IMG/VR virus record: IMGVR_UViG_3300032301_000597
Location: 1-33,977 of that record
Source of the DNA: a virus
Taxonomy: Duplodnaviria; Caudoviricetes
Strand: one strand, 5' to 3'
Length of the DNA stretch: 33,977 nt
Below are positions 9,942-19,467 of this stretch, piece by piece; the first letter of the stretch is position 1, and every line of letters begins with the position of its first letter. The notes under the pieces are model-generated. The model saw nothing but the letters and a program-made list of their open reading frames with translations. It searched no databases and was not told the origin of the DNA. The position numbers and the translations under genes were made by a program.

Positions 9942-10388
9942 ATGATCAGAGACAGACAAACAGGACAGATTTATCATGATGGCGAGTTCCGTGCTCTGTA
10001 TGCAAACATCAGTTTTGCACCACAACTGAGCCCAGAACTGTTGGATAGTTTGGGGGCAGATGTGGTGTTTGAGGGTCCTCAACCGCAAACAACCAGATAC
10101 CAAATGGTGGCCAGGCAGGGCACCATCCAAATGGCAGATGGAAATTGGTATACAAATTATGTGACCGTGGATGTGTCAGAAGAAGTCCGAGAGGTCATGG
10201 ACGCCCAACAAGCCATTTCAATTCGTGCTGAACGCAACAGGAAACTAACAGAAACAGACTGGACACAAGTGGCTGATGCTCCTGTGGATAAGGCTGCATG
10301 GGCTGGCTATAGACAGGCATTACGTGATGTACCAGATCAACCAGGTTTCCCTTGGGATATTATTTGGCCAGACGCACCGTCCTACTGA
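9942..10388 (+). CDS. Tail fibre assembly chaperone-like protein, copy B
   Basis: AAGGA RBS. Paralog of 2252..2707 (VFEGPQP..TRYQ, RAERNRKLTETDW...YRQALRDVPDQPGFPW). Confidence 0.8.
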   Translation: MIRDRQTGQIYHDGEFRALYANISFAPQLSPELLDSLGADVVFEGPQPQTTRYQMVARQGTIQMADGNWYTNYVTVDVSEEVREVMDAQQAISIRAERNRKLTETDWTQVADAPVDKAAWAGYRQALRDVPDQPGFPWDIIWPDAPSY

Positions 10389-10507
10389 TAACTGGCTGGA
10401 CATGGATCTGGATGAGCAGGTACATGTTTTATTCATTAAGTGTGTGATCATTTGTTGTGTGGGGTGGGAATTATTCCATCTGATCCATTACTCATGTAAA
10501 TAACACC

Positions 10508-10741
10508 ATGACCATAACAGACATAAAAGTATTTATTAAAGGGGGCTTGCCCACTGGACCTCAAGGAATTTCTGGCGTCTCAGGTGTCTCAGGTACAAGT
10601 GGCTATTCAGGCACAAGTGGATACTTGGGCACAAGTGGATATTCTGGCACCAGTGGATTCAGTGGATTCAGTGGATATTCAGGTATGCGTGGCCCCACTG
10701 AAGGAAAAACCATTGCTCTCATAATGATTCTGGGCACGTAG
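10508..10741 (+). CDS. Small protein with SG-X triplet repeats
   Basis: 77 aa with ([12 protein letters not shown])n. TAAATA lies 5 nt upstream of the ATG. Same repeat type as the collagen-like genes at 23.8 and 33.1 kb. Confidence 0.6.
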   Translation: MTITDIKVFIKGGLPTGPQGISGVSGVSGTSGYSGTSGYLGTSGYSGTSGFSGFSGYSGMRGPTEGKTIALIMILGT

Positions 10742-10971
10742 CACATGCCCATGGACTCACCTGTATGGTCACATCAAGTGCCTGATGGTGCACACACCAG
10801 CAGATGGTGTATGTGACAAAATAAACCAAATTGTTATGTGAAATAAATTCCAGTTTGATTGGGTAAACATTGTGCAATATGAGTGTTGTTTACATGTTAT
10901 TTTTTAAATCATTTGGTTTTAAAAATCACAAACTTTTAACCAGATTGGCCAAGATATAATTCCATTATTGG

Positions 10972-10979
10972 TATAAATA
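10972..10979 (+). promoter_or_regulatory. Late-promoter-like TATAAATA
   Basis: Exact match to the T4 gp55-dependent late promoter consensus, upstream of the 11009-17375 gene run. Confidence 0.65.
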
Positions 10980-11008
10980 ATTCAAATAAAGGTAACGACA
11001 GGGTAATA

Positions 11009-11341
11009 ATGGCCACCTATAGTTTTATAAATGCTGTAGCAAATAGTGTGGGAACGGGAGGCCAAGATGTCTACACAGTTCCTGCTGGAAAGAAAAGTGT
11101 GATTTTGGGCTGTGCCGTAACCAACACGACTGGATCTCTGCTTCCTGTACAAGTGCGTATTATTAAAGCTGATGACACTGTGTTAGACTTGTCTGTATCA
11201 GAAACCATATTGGGTGGTGCTATGCGAGATTTCTTGAGTGAAAAAAAACTGGTCATGCAATCGTTAGACAGATTACGAATAATCAGCGCAGTAGATAATT
11301 CTCTAGACTGTGTTATTTCGATCATGGAGGATGTGGACTGA
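11009..11341 (+). CDS. Small virion structural protein
   Basis: 110 aa. VYTVPAGKKSVILG..V.N...KKLVMQ..D.L......SLD...S..E pattern of small structural proteins of large myoviruses. Confidence 0.6.
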   Translation: MATYSFINAVANSVGTGGQDVYTVPAGKKSVILGCAVTNTTGSLLPVQVRIIKADDTVLDLSVSETILGGAMRDFLSEKKLVMQSLDRLRIISAVDNSLDCVISIMEDVD

Positions 11342-11574
11342 TGGGCGGATTTTACGAAGGCACTGATTTAAGAGACAAGACCTTTTATGGATTCAGATTG
11401 ATACAAGCCACAGGCGATCTAAATATAGATGTTATCAACGACGGATCAACTGTGCAATTACCACAGCCAGATTATATGATTGGTCCTAATGAATATGTGA
11501 ATTGGATTTGGTCCACAGACACATATCAGTTCCGCTGGGGAGCCAAAGGGCATTTGGAGATAGTGTTCATATGA
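11341..11574 (+). CDS. Hypothetical phage protein
   Basis: 77 aa, translationally coupled on both sides (TGATG, ATGA). Confidence 0.6.
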   Translation: MGGFYEGTDLRDKTFYGFRLIQATGDLNIDVINDGSTVQLPQPDYMIGPNEYVNWIWSTDTYQFRWGAKGHLEIVFI

Positions 11575-14500
11575 CAACAGTTATTGATTTAGGCAAGTTG
11601 AGATTCTATTGGGCAGGTTTATATAATCCTGCCACACAATACGAACTCAATGATGTGGTCCGCTACGGTGGCAACGTGTATGTGTACATTAATATTATCA
11701 AAACCATAGGTAATGTGCCCACCAACACTACTTATTGGGCACTCATGGTGGAGGGTATTAACTTTGCAGGCGAGTGGAGTTCTGTAACACAATACTACAT
11801 AGGTGATGCTGTTGCATACGGTTCCACTGTGTATGTGTCCTTGCAAGATAATATCAACAAGCGCCCGGACTTGTTTCCTGCCTTTTGGTCACAATTTGTG
11901 GAAGCCATTCAGTGGGAAGGTGACTATAGTGCAGTCACATCATATCAGGCCAATGATGTGGTCAAGTATGGTGGTAGTGCATACATCGCCAAACAAACCA
12001 CCTCTGGTAATCTGCCCACAGACACAACATATTGGGCAGAATTTGTTACGGGTATTTCGCCGGAGGGTATTTATAATAATACTACTGCATATGTACCCAA
12101 TGACATAGTAGCATATGGTGCTAACCTGTACATATGTATTGCCAACACCACTGGTAACAATCCAACCAATGCAACTTATTGGACCTTCTGGGTGTCTGCG
12201 TTTCAAAACCGCGGTGCTTGGGTAACTGCCACATTATATTATGTAAATGATTTGATACAATATGGCGCTAATGCGTATGCATGCCAAGTACAGAATACGT
12301 CAGCAAATTTTGAAACTGATTTGCAAGCAGGGAAATGGTCTCTTTTCACATCAGGATTGCGCCAACGGGGTCCTTGGACAACCACCACATCATACTTGCC
12401 CTTTGACATCATCGTTTACGGTGGTAACACATATTCTTGTTTGCTAACACATACATCTGGTACATTTGCTACAGACCTTGCAGCTGGTAAATGGCAAGTC
12501 TTCAATAGCGGCGTGAGGTGGAGAGGCTCATGGGTAGCTAGCACAGTATATCTCACTAATGACATAGTTCGAAATCTGGGATCATCATATATTGCCACCC
12601 AAGACTTTACATCTGGGGCAACATTTAGTACTGAGGTTTCAGCAGGTAAATGGGTATTTTTTGCACAAGGTGCAGATGACGTATTACCTGTGATTGTTGC
12701 AGGCGATCAGGGCTACTCATTGAGTGTGTCAGCTGATGGCGCCAACATTGCCTGGTTGAATGCTTCTGGATCAACAAATGTGTTTTATGTGTCTCCGAAT
12801 GGCAATAACAGCAACCCAGGCAACAGCCTGGCACTGCCATTTGCAAGCATCCAGACTGCTGTGGCTGCTGTGCCTGCGGGTCAGATGGCCACCATTTTTG
12901 TTAAAACAGGCACATACCAGGAGGCACTATTGCCCATCGTGGTGCCTCCCAATGTGGCAATCATTGGAGACAGCCAACGCACAACCATTGTGACCCCTGC
13001 TAGTGGCCTAGCAGCGGATGGGGTGACTGCCAATAACCAGGCCACCATGTTCCAGGTCTCCAACGGGACTATTCTAAACAGAATGACATTCAGTGGCATG
13101 ACAGGATGGGTGCCAGGTGGTACGCCAGGAGACATAACAACTTCCACCGCGAAAGGTGTTGTGATTGCACTAAATCCCAGTTCTGCCATCACCACAAAAT
13201 CTCCATACATTCTGGAATGCACAGCCATTGGATCAGGATGTATTGGCGCATTAGCAGACGGTTCAGTGCATGCAACTGGAAATAAATCCATGCTATGGCA
13301 CGCTTATACAGTGATCACTGACAACGGTGTGGGTTATTGGGTAAAAGATGGCGCCAGAGGCGAAATTGTTTCTTGCTTCACCTACTATGCTTATTTTGGA
13401 TACGCAGCGTCGGGTGGAGGTATCTTGCGTTCTCTAAATGGCAACAACTCCTATGGCACGTGGGGCGCAAAATCATTTGGATCCTTGGCCTCAGAAACTC
13501 CTCAAACAGGCACACTTTACGGCAAACAACTCACAGTAGTTCAGGATCCCATCACTGCGGGTTTCACAGCAGGTGCCACCATCACAGGACTCACCAGTGG
13601 TGCCACAGGTGTTGTGACAAATCTGCAATCAGCTGCTGGAAAGGTTTACTACAACCAGACCTCTGTTGCCAACTTCAGCAACAGTGAAACCATCAGTGAT
13701 GGCACATACACACTCACCATCACAAGCACAGGTGTTTCCAATCAAAAGGGATTTTTGTTGGTGGCCAACGGGTTTACTTCTGCCCCACTGCCAGGAGCCA
13801 GCATTCAGATAGCAGGAGACTCCAGTGCTTATGTGATTGGATCAGTATCAGGCACATATGTGGACTCCTCCAGCGTGCTGTCCATTGTGCTGGTACAGGA
13901 AAAAGTGCCCACATCTGCCCCCGGCGCAGCCTTAACCATCCGCTACAAATACAGTCAGATTCGTTTGACCGGCCATGACTTCCTGAACATTGGCACAGGC
14001 GGCATCTCAACCACCAACTACCCAAACACACCCACACAATCTCCTGCTCAGGGCAATGAGGTGGAAGAGGCACTGCCAGGCAGAGTGTATTATGTGGCCA
14101 CAGACCAGGATGGTAATTTCCGTGTGGGTGAATATTTCAGAGTGGATCAGGGCACAGGCACAGCCACACTTAACGCTAATGCGTTCAATTTGTCAGGTTT
14201 GACTTCGCTACAGTTGGGTTCTATTGGCGCACAGCTGGGTGAGACCATTAACGAGTTCTCCTCAGATTCCACATTAGGTGGTAATTTTCCCACAAACATT
14301 GCAGTGCCCACTGAAGCGGCTGTCAAGACGTATGTTGATAACAACTCGGCCTTAAAATCAGCAGTGCCATCTATTGATATGACAAGTAGCAATTATAGCG
14401 CTAGCTATAGTAATACTTTATTAAATGTTACTACTTCTGCTGATTATAGATCTATTGTATTACCTTCCGCGTTAACTGATAACTACTCAAACGCAAAATT

Positions 14501-16187
14501 TCAAATTCGAAATACAAGTGCTGTTGTTATTGGTGTTAGGGATAATGATGCAAAATTATTAACAGCTATAAAACCCGGCGGTGGCGCATCAATTAGTTTA
14601 ACTAGCAATACGACCGCCGCAGGTACTTGGATAGTAACGGGCGATCAACTTCAACCATTTTTTATTGATAACGCAACATTTATTGAAAATGGTAGTGCTA
14701 CTGCTGGTGATAATAATCCTAGCACTAGCCCTATTTTTAATTTAGATTTGGATTCAACAAGAACGTTTTATGTGCATAATAATGCTACTGGCACCATATC
14801 TGCATATGCTGTTGATTACAGCGCAACACCTGCTACTACATCAACTCCACTAGTATACGCAAGTGGTTCTAACTATACAATTATAGGTGTTCGAAAAGTT
14901 TCCACTACACGTGTTTTAGTGTTTACTTTAACAGATGTAATTTTATTTAATATTACCGGTACAACAGTAACTACGATAACACAGAGCAATGGATTATACA
15001 CATCTCCCGTAAGAACTGGATATAGTTCAGGTTCCTCTTCTGCTGTAATGAAATTTGACGATGAATTCTATGGTGTTATGTTTGGTGGAGCTGCAAACGG
15101 TATACCTGTACTTACTGTTGTAAAAGTTGATGGTAATGTTATTAGAGCCGGGACACTTTCGCTATCAAATAATAATGCGGTAGTGAATGGATGGGATGCT
15201 ATAGCTACTTCATCAACAACATGTTTAATGGTATATGGTGATTATGCACAGACAACCGCGGCGCCGTGGTGGTTGCGTGCAGTGCGAATTACTGTAACAA
15301 AAGGATCCACTGGTGTCAATCCATCAGCTAGTACAGGTGCTACCGGTTTTATTTCTGGATCAGCACTTGCAAGTGCGGCTGCATATTCAATTTCAGTAGC
15401 TCAGGACACGACAAATTCTGATAGAGCCTGTGTTATTTTTCAAAATAACACAACAACAACACTCAATAGTGTTGTTATTACCGGAGCAACAACTGGATCG
15501 TTTGCAGTTGGTAGTATACTTACAGTCGATACGCTTACAACAAACACATCAACACAGTTTGGTGGAGCAACAGTATTATCGCCGTCGCTACGTAGCGCAG
15601 GCAGTGATGTGTGGTTATATGTTTATCAAGGCACAAATAACTATGTTCGTGTTGCGCGTATCACATCAACAAGTGCGACTTTACCTACATATCATGCCAA
15701 AGGCGCTGCATCTGGTATATATACACTAACACCTAACTATAATAGCAACACAGTATTTTTGATTGCACAGGGTCAACCTACAACATCTTTCAGTGGTGTG
15801 TTTTCGTATACTAATCAATCAGGTACTTTTCAATATAAATCTTTTGTATCACCCAATGAGAATATATTGCCCACCAGTTTAAGATCTTACGCTGCTTATA
15901 CATCTGATGGATGGATTTTACATGGTTCTGCATTACAAACAACTGCTACTACTTCATTAGTACAACACAATAATTTTGCATTGTATAAAGTAGATGCTTT
16001 AACTGGTAATATCGTGTATTATGGTATACATAATTTACCTCTTAATTTATCTGTGGGTATTATAAACAATGCTTATGAATATCTTGGTACAGGTGAAATG
16101 AAAATATCAGGTTCGAGTATTTTTTATGATTATGCAAAAAATATACCATTTAGAATAGCGGCGTCTATAGAATTTATTAAAACTTAA
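11571..16187 (+). CDS. Large fibre/spike-like virion protein with N-terminal carbohydrate-binding-type repeats and a beta-helix-like domain (~1538 aa)
   Basis: Likely start ATG 11571 (MTTVIDLGKLRF). About 8 repeats of W/Y...T.Y...D.V.YG...Y. FYVSPNGNNSNPG..LALPFASIQTA...IFVKTGTYQE pectin-lyase-like entry motif. RLTGHDFLNIGTG and AVPTEAAVKTYVD motifs, then a divergent C-terminal domain. Confidence 0.75.
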   Translation: MTTVIDLGKLRFYWAGLYNPATQYELNDVVRYGGNVYVYINIIKTIGNVPTNTTYWALMVEGINFAGEWSSVTQYYIGDAVAYGSTVYVSLQDNINKRPDLFPAFWSQFVEAIQWEGDYSAVTSYQANDVVKYGGSAYIAKQTTSGNLPTDTTYWAEFVTGISPEGIYNNTTAYVPNDIVAYGANLYICIANTTGNNPTNATYWTFWVSAFQNRGAWVTATLYYVNDLIQYGANAYACQVQNTSANFETDLQAGKWSLFTSGLRQRGPWTTTTSYLPFDIIVYGGNTYSCLLTHTSGTFATDLAAGKWQVFNSGVRWRGSWVASTVYLTNDIVRNLGSSYIATQDFTSGATFSTEVSAGKWVFFAQGADDVLPVIVAGDQGYSLSVSADGANIAWLNASGSTNVFYVSPNGNNSNPGNSLALPFASIQTAVAAVPAGQMATIFVKTGTYQEALLPIVVPPNVAIIGDSQRTTIVTPASGLAADGVTANNQATMFQVSNGTILNRMTFSGMTGWVPGGTPGDITTSTAKGVVIALNPSSAITTKSPYILECTAIGSGCIGALADGSVHATGNKSMLWHAYTVITDNGVGYWVKDGARGEIVSCFTYYAYFGYAASGGGILRSLNGNNSYGTWGAKSFGSLASETPQTGTLYGKQLTVVQDPITAGFTAGATITGLTSGATGVVTNLQSAAGKVYYNQTSVANFSNSETISDGTYTLTITSTGVSNQKGFLLVANGFTSAPLPGASIQIAGDSSAYVIGSVSGTYVDSSSVLSIVLVQEKVPTSAPGAALTIRYKYSQIRLTGHDFLNIGTGGISTTNYPNTPTQSPAQGNEVEEALPGRVYYVATDQDGNFRVGEYFRVDQGTGTATLNANAFNLSGLTSLQLGSIGAQLGETINEFSSDSTLGGNFPTNIAVPTEAAVKTYVDNNSALKSAVPSIDMTSSNYSASYSNTLLNVTTSADYRSIVLPSALTDNYSNAKFQIRNTSAVVIGVRDNDAKLLTAIKPGGGASISLTSNTTAAGTWIVTGDQLQPFFIDNATFIENGSATAGDNNPSTSPIFNLDLDSTRTFYVHNNATGTISAYAVDYSATPATTSTPLVYASGSNYTIIGVRKVSTTRVLVFTLTDVILFNITGTTVTTITQSNGLYTSPVRTGYSSGSSSAVMKFDDEFYGVMFGGAANGIPVLTVVKVDGNVIRAGTLSLSNNNAVVNGWDAIATSSTTCLMVYGDYAQTTAAPWWLRAVRITVTKGSTGVNPSASTGATGFISGSALASAAAYSISVAQDTTNSDRACVIFQNNTTTTLNSVVITGATTGSFAVGSILTVDTLTTNTSTQFGGATVLSPSLRSAGSDVWLYVYQGTNNYVRVARITSTSATLPTYHAKGAASGIYTLTPNYNSNTVFLIAQGQPTTSFSGVFSYTNQSGTFQYKSFVSPNENILPTSLRSYAAYTSDGWILHGSALQTTATTSLVQHNNFALYKVDALTGNIVYYGIHNLPLNLSVGIINNAYEYLGTGEMKISGSSIFYDYAKNIPFRIAASIEFIKT

Positions 16188-16200
16188 AAAATAATATATT

Positions 16201-16735
16201 ATGTTAAGAGACTTGATACGACAAAAACATGATGTAGCAGAAAATCACCGCTTTATAAAATACCTATTCAGCGGTGTTATTTCTCAAAAAATATATGTAG
16301 ATTACTTGTATAATCTACTATACATATACAAATCGCTTGAACAGAGAGCAAATCAATTAGGTGTGCTTAATGGTATAGAAACGATTCAACGTTCTGACCA
16401 TATACAAAAAGACTTTATTAGTCTAGTTGATTATAATTATGCTGTTACATTGTATCAGAGCACACAAGATTATTTAACGTATATCGAAACAGTTAGTTCC
16501 AAAAAAAATTATGGCACACATTTATGTCAGACATATGGGTGATATGTTTGGTGGTGCTATGTTAAAGAAGATAGTACCAGGTGAAGGCACTATGTACGAT
16601 TTTGAAAACAAAAACGATCTAATTCAAAAATTGAGAGCAAAGTTGGATGACAGTCTGGCTGACGAAGCTAATGTTGTTTTTGATTTTGCTATTAAATTAT
16701 TTGAGGACTTAGCTAATGAGTATGATATTCAATAG
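16201..16735 (+). pseudogene. hemO: Heme oxygenase (HemO/Ho1-type), split by a +1 frameshift in an A8 run at 16501-16508
   Basis: N-half has LRDLIRQKHDVAE (proximal His) and Y..YLYNL..IY..LE. C-half has AHIYVRHMGDMFGG (distal helix) and EANVVFDF. Removing one A gives continuous ...VSSKKIMAHIYVRH..., 177 aa. May be a sequencing error rather than a true pseudogene. Confidence 0.85.
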
Positions 16736-17375
16736 GCTAATACGAGCATCAGACAATTTCCTGGATGTTCTAGCAAGAAAAGGAATTCCAGTTGAAGAAG
16801 ATCACGACTTTGATTGGCCTAACTATGTTTTTAGATCCAGGGTATTTCGACGTGCACATCTTGATGTCGTGGATGCGAGAGATACAAAAAAACTCTACAT
16901 GATGCATCTGTGCATCTTCCCGCATACAAATGATTCAGGTCCAATATACGGATTTGATCTAATAGCAGGTCCAAATAAAGTCACTGGAGCTTTTCATGAC
17001 TTTTCAGCAGGTTATGACAAAAACCACCACATGCTAGATTGGTTTTCTAATAAAGTTTCTAGTTTACAATGGTCTAAGAAAAGAGAATTACCGGAGTGGG
17101 CAAAGAACATATTTTCAGACAGTATGGTTGCCGCAGGTAATATTAATACAATTGAAGAACTCGACGGTATGCTTTCATTGGCCAATGAAACTCTTTCTTA
17201 CTATCTTAATAATATAGGTAATTTGTCTGATATAGATTCAATAGATGCACAAAATTGGTATTGCCATAATCAACGACAAAATCCACACACCCCAAAAGTA
17301 ATGGAGTCTCTTGGATTTGATTCAGATACTGTGGAAAGATTTATCTCTTCTTGTCTGTTCCCAGATGTTCCGTAA
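16716..17375 (+). CDS. pcyX: Ferredoxin-dependent bilin reductase, PcyX/PcyA-like
   Basis: FRRAHLDVVD, MMHLCIFP, PIYGFDLIAG, GAFHDFS, RELPEWA.IFS, QNWYC.NQRQNPHT, F...LFP motifs of the FDBR family. Overlaps the heme oxygenase 3' end. Subfamily assignment (PcyX vs PcyA) is from recalled motif resemblance. Confidence 0.8.
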   Translation: MSMIFNRLIRASDNFLDVLARKGIPVEEDHDFDWPNYVFRSRVFRRAHLDVVDARDTKKLYMMHLCIFPHTNDSGPIYGFDLIAGPNKVTGAFHDFSAGYDKNHHMLDWFSNKVSSLQWSKKRELPEWAKNIFSDSMVAAGNINTIEELDGMLSLANETLSYYLNNIGNLSDIDSIDAQNWYCHNQRQNPHTPKVMESLGFDSDTVERFISSCLFPDVP

Positions 17376-17600
17376 TTTTAAATAGATAAAACAATCTCAC
17401 GGGATAGTGAACTGGGATAGCAAATACAATTTCGTAGTAAAGAACAGCCAAACCGTCAACAGAGGCCTCACAGCCAATTCTACCGTAGTAAATGCATCTG
17501 GGTCGTTTACAGTAGGCGGGCCTATTACGTTTCTAATGTTACATTGTTTGCAAATACAATATCACATAAATAGTCGCGCAACAACCCAGGTAATATTGTC

Positions 17601-17948
17601 ATGAGCATTAACACACCCAAAATTTTTGGTCAGCTGAAACCCATAAATCCACCAGGACCCCCTGAAGATGCACCCATGCGCCTGTTGTATGTGGTGGGTA
17701 ACAATACTCGTGCACAGGTCACCCTGTTTGTGTGCAACCAGAGTTCCAATGTAGAATTTTTTAGGATAGCATTGGTGCCTGCAGGTAGCACATTGATAGA
17801 TGCCAGATATATTGCATATGACAGTATTTTGGCTGCAAACGGGGTGTTTTCAGTGAGTGGTATTGGTCTTGATCAAGGTGATTCCATTTACGTGAGAAGC
17901 TCTTATAGTCAACTCAGTTTCACCGCCACAGGCATTCTGCTTTCTTGA
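17601..17948 (+). CDS. Small virion structural protein
   Basis: 115 aa. LYVV..NT.A.V...VCNQ.....FRIA...YI.YD..L.ANG......GI.L..GD.IYV pattern. TAAATA at 17567-17572 upstream. Confidence 0.6.
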   Translation: MSINTPKIFGQLKPINPPGPPEDAPMRLLYVVGNNTRAQVTLFVCNQSSNVEFFRIALVPAGSTLIDARYIAYDSILAANGVFSVSGIGLDQGDSIYVRSSYSQLSFTATGILLS

Positions 17949-18011
17949 TAAATCAGCTGTAAACCCCACACATCCCACACATCATTTTAAATAGGTGTGT
18001 GAGGATGCACC

Positions 18012-18269
18012 ATGGGCGACATTATACCAATTCCAAAGTCAAAATCACGTAAGTCCAAGTCAAACACTTGGCAAGTGGAACGTGTGACTGACTGTGCCTC
18101 ACAACCTGCACAAACATTTGACTTCACTTGTGTGACCTGTAAGAATAAAACACGTTTAGAGCTCAAAAATGCTGTGCTCAAAAACATGGATTTATATTGT
18201 GACAAGTGTGGCACTGGTTGGCGTGTGAGCAATCCAGTGTTTTCAGTTAAACGAGATGCAGGAACCTAA
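18012..18269 (+). CDS. Zinc-ribbon protein
   Basis: CVTC...CDKC pair. GAGG RBS and TAAATA (17988-17993) upstream. Confidence 0.6.
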   Translation: MGDIIPIPKSKSRKSKSNTWQVERVTDCASQPAQTFDFTCVTCKNKTRLELKNAVLKNMDLYCDKCGTGWRVSNPVFSVKRDAGT

Positions 18270-18576
18270 AACATACATGCACCCATTATTTGATAATATG
18301 ACCAGCCTCACATATGAGGAACTGGAAAAGAAGAATGTGGAAATCAACAAGCGCATGTTAATTTATGCCAGAAATCGTATGAACAATCCACAGATTTGGG
18401 ACCAGTTGGAACAAATGCGAGAAGCCATTGTGACAGAAAAACAAGAACGAACTAGCAAGTTGAATGCCAAACCTGACCATGCACATGATCATGTGGTGAT
18501 CAATACTGACCCGCTGGAAGATGATGTGCTACCTGCTGTGGTGAATACCAAACCCAAATTTAATCCCATATCATGA
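18256..18576 (+). CDS. Hypothetical coiled-coil phage protein
   Basis: 106 aa ORF overlapping its neighbours. MHP...LT.EELEKK..EI.KR helical pattern. Confidence 0.6.
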   Translation: MQEPKTYMHPLFDNMTSLTYEELEKKNVEINKRMLIYARNRMNNPQIWDQLEQMREAIVTEKQERTSKLNAKPDHAHDHVVINTDPLEDDVLPAVVNTKPKFNPIS

Positions 18577-19091
18577 CGCTGTTATACCACACAGATGATC
18601 AAGGAGTTTGTTGGTTGAGTGAACAAGGAATCATAGAGTTGGCATATTCTGATCTGCTCACAAACAGTTTGTTTGAATGGCAGGATCCACAAATAAAATC
18701 TCAATATGAAACAGTGTGTCGCACCCAAGACCACTGGCCTTTCACACCCGCAGCACATGCACATGTGACATCCAGAACCTGGTTCACACCCCCTGAGTAC
18801 TCTGACATATGCTTGACACAGCATGTGTTGAGCAGATGTGTGAATGTGGACCAAATTTGCAGAGCTCGACATGAGTTAGCACTGATTGAACATTTGAATG
18901 TGAGTCACATCTTCAAACATTTGATTTATTTGGTGGACACATGGAGAAGCAAGAACTTGGTTTGGGGTATTGGCCGAGGCAGTAGTGTGAGCTGTTTTAT
19001 TCTGTATGTGATTGGCATCAACAAAATCAATCCCATGGATTATGATCTGGATCCAGAAGAGTTCTTTAAAATCACACTGGATTCTGTCTAA
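18573..19091 (+). CDS. DNA polymerase III alpha (DnaE)-like fragment
   Basis: R..HELALI...Y.VD..R...VWGIGRGSSVSC..LYVIGINKINPMDYDL..EEF matches the DnaE GPGRGS...LGIT.VDP..Y.L.FERF segment. Only 172 aa. Confidence 0.75.
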   Translation: MTLLYHTDDQGVCWLSEQGIIELAYSDLLTNSLFEWQDPQIKSQYETVCRTQDHWPFTPAAHAHVTSRTWFTPPEYSDICLTQHVLSRCVNVDQICRARHELALIEHLNVSHIFKHLIYLVDTWRSKNLVWGIGRGSSVSCFILYVIGINKINPMDYDLDPEEFFKITLDSV

Positions 19092-19119
19092 ATATACACA
19101 CATTAAAAAAGGATGAATC

Positions 19120-19467
19120 ATGACACGCACACTACGCAAGCAGACATTGAGCATGAGAGGCGACACAGTGGATTTTGGGGCATTGAGTGCTGCTCATGCC
19201 ACTCACCGCACATTGGGTAACACCAACACCAATGTGAGAGGGGACCAACTGGGAGACAACGGCATCATACTGAAAACACAAGAGCAGGTGCAGGCAGAAC
19301 AAGACCGTATGAGTGCCTTGCAACAAGGAGTCACACAACGGGCTGCGGTCAAGCAAATGATTGAAACCCCCAAGCCAGATACAGATATTGCATTTCCCAC
19401 CATTCAGGACCTGGTGAAAGATGGTGTGATTGCGCCTGTGAGTAAAAAGCCCAAGGATGTGTCATAG
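19120..19467 (+). CDS. Hypothetical phage protein
   Basis: 115 aa. AAGGA RBS. TAAATA at 19089-19094. MRG..VDF..L...LGN...NVRGD.LG..G.I.K motif. Confidence 0.65.
   Translation: MTRTLRKQTLSMRGDTVDFGALSAAHATHRTLGNTNTNVRGDQLGDNGIILKTQEQVQAEQDRMSALQQGVTQRAAVKQMIETPKPDTDIAFPTIQDLVKDGVIAPVSKKPKDVS

Noticed and set aside
10276-10503. 75-aa ORF after the second chaperone
   Set aside because: Overlaps the chaperone out of frame, has no RBS or recognisable motif, and is likely spurious.
10742-10970. tRNA or structured ncRNA in the intergenic gap
   Set aside because: Only short weak hairpins. No cloverleaf or T-loop motif recognised.
16201-17375. Cyanophage identity inferred from bilin genes
   Set aside because: No photosynthesis genes in the window and the reductase looks PcyX-like. 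The host cannot be assigned from this window.
17407-17604. Intact 65-aa gene
   Set aside because: GTG start, and structural-protein-like only in its first ~40 residues. Treated as a possible remnant rather than a supported CDS.
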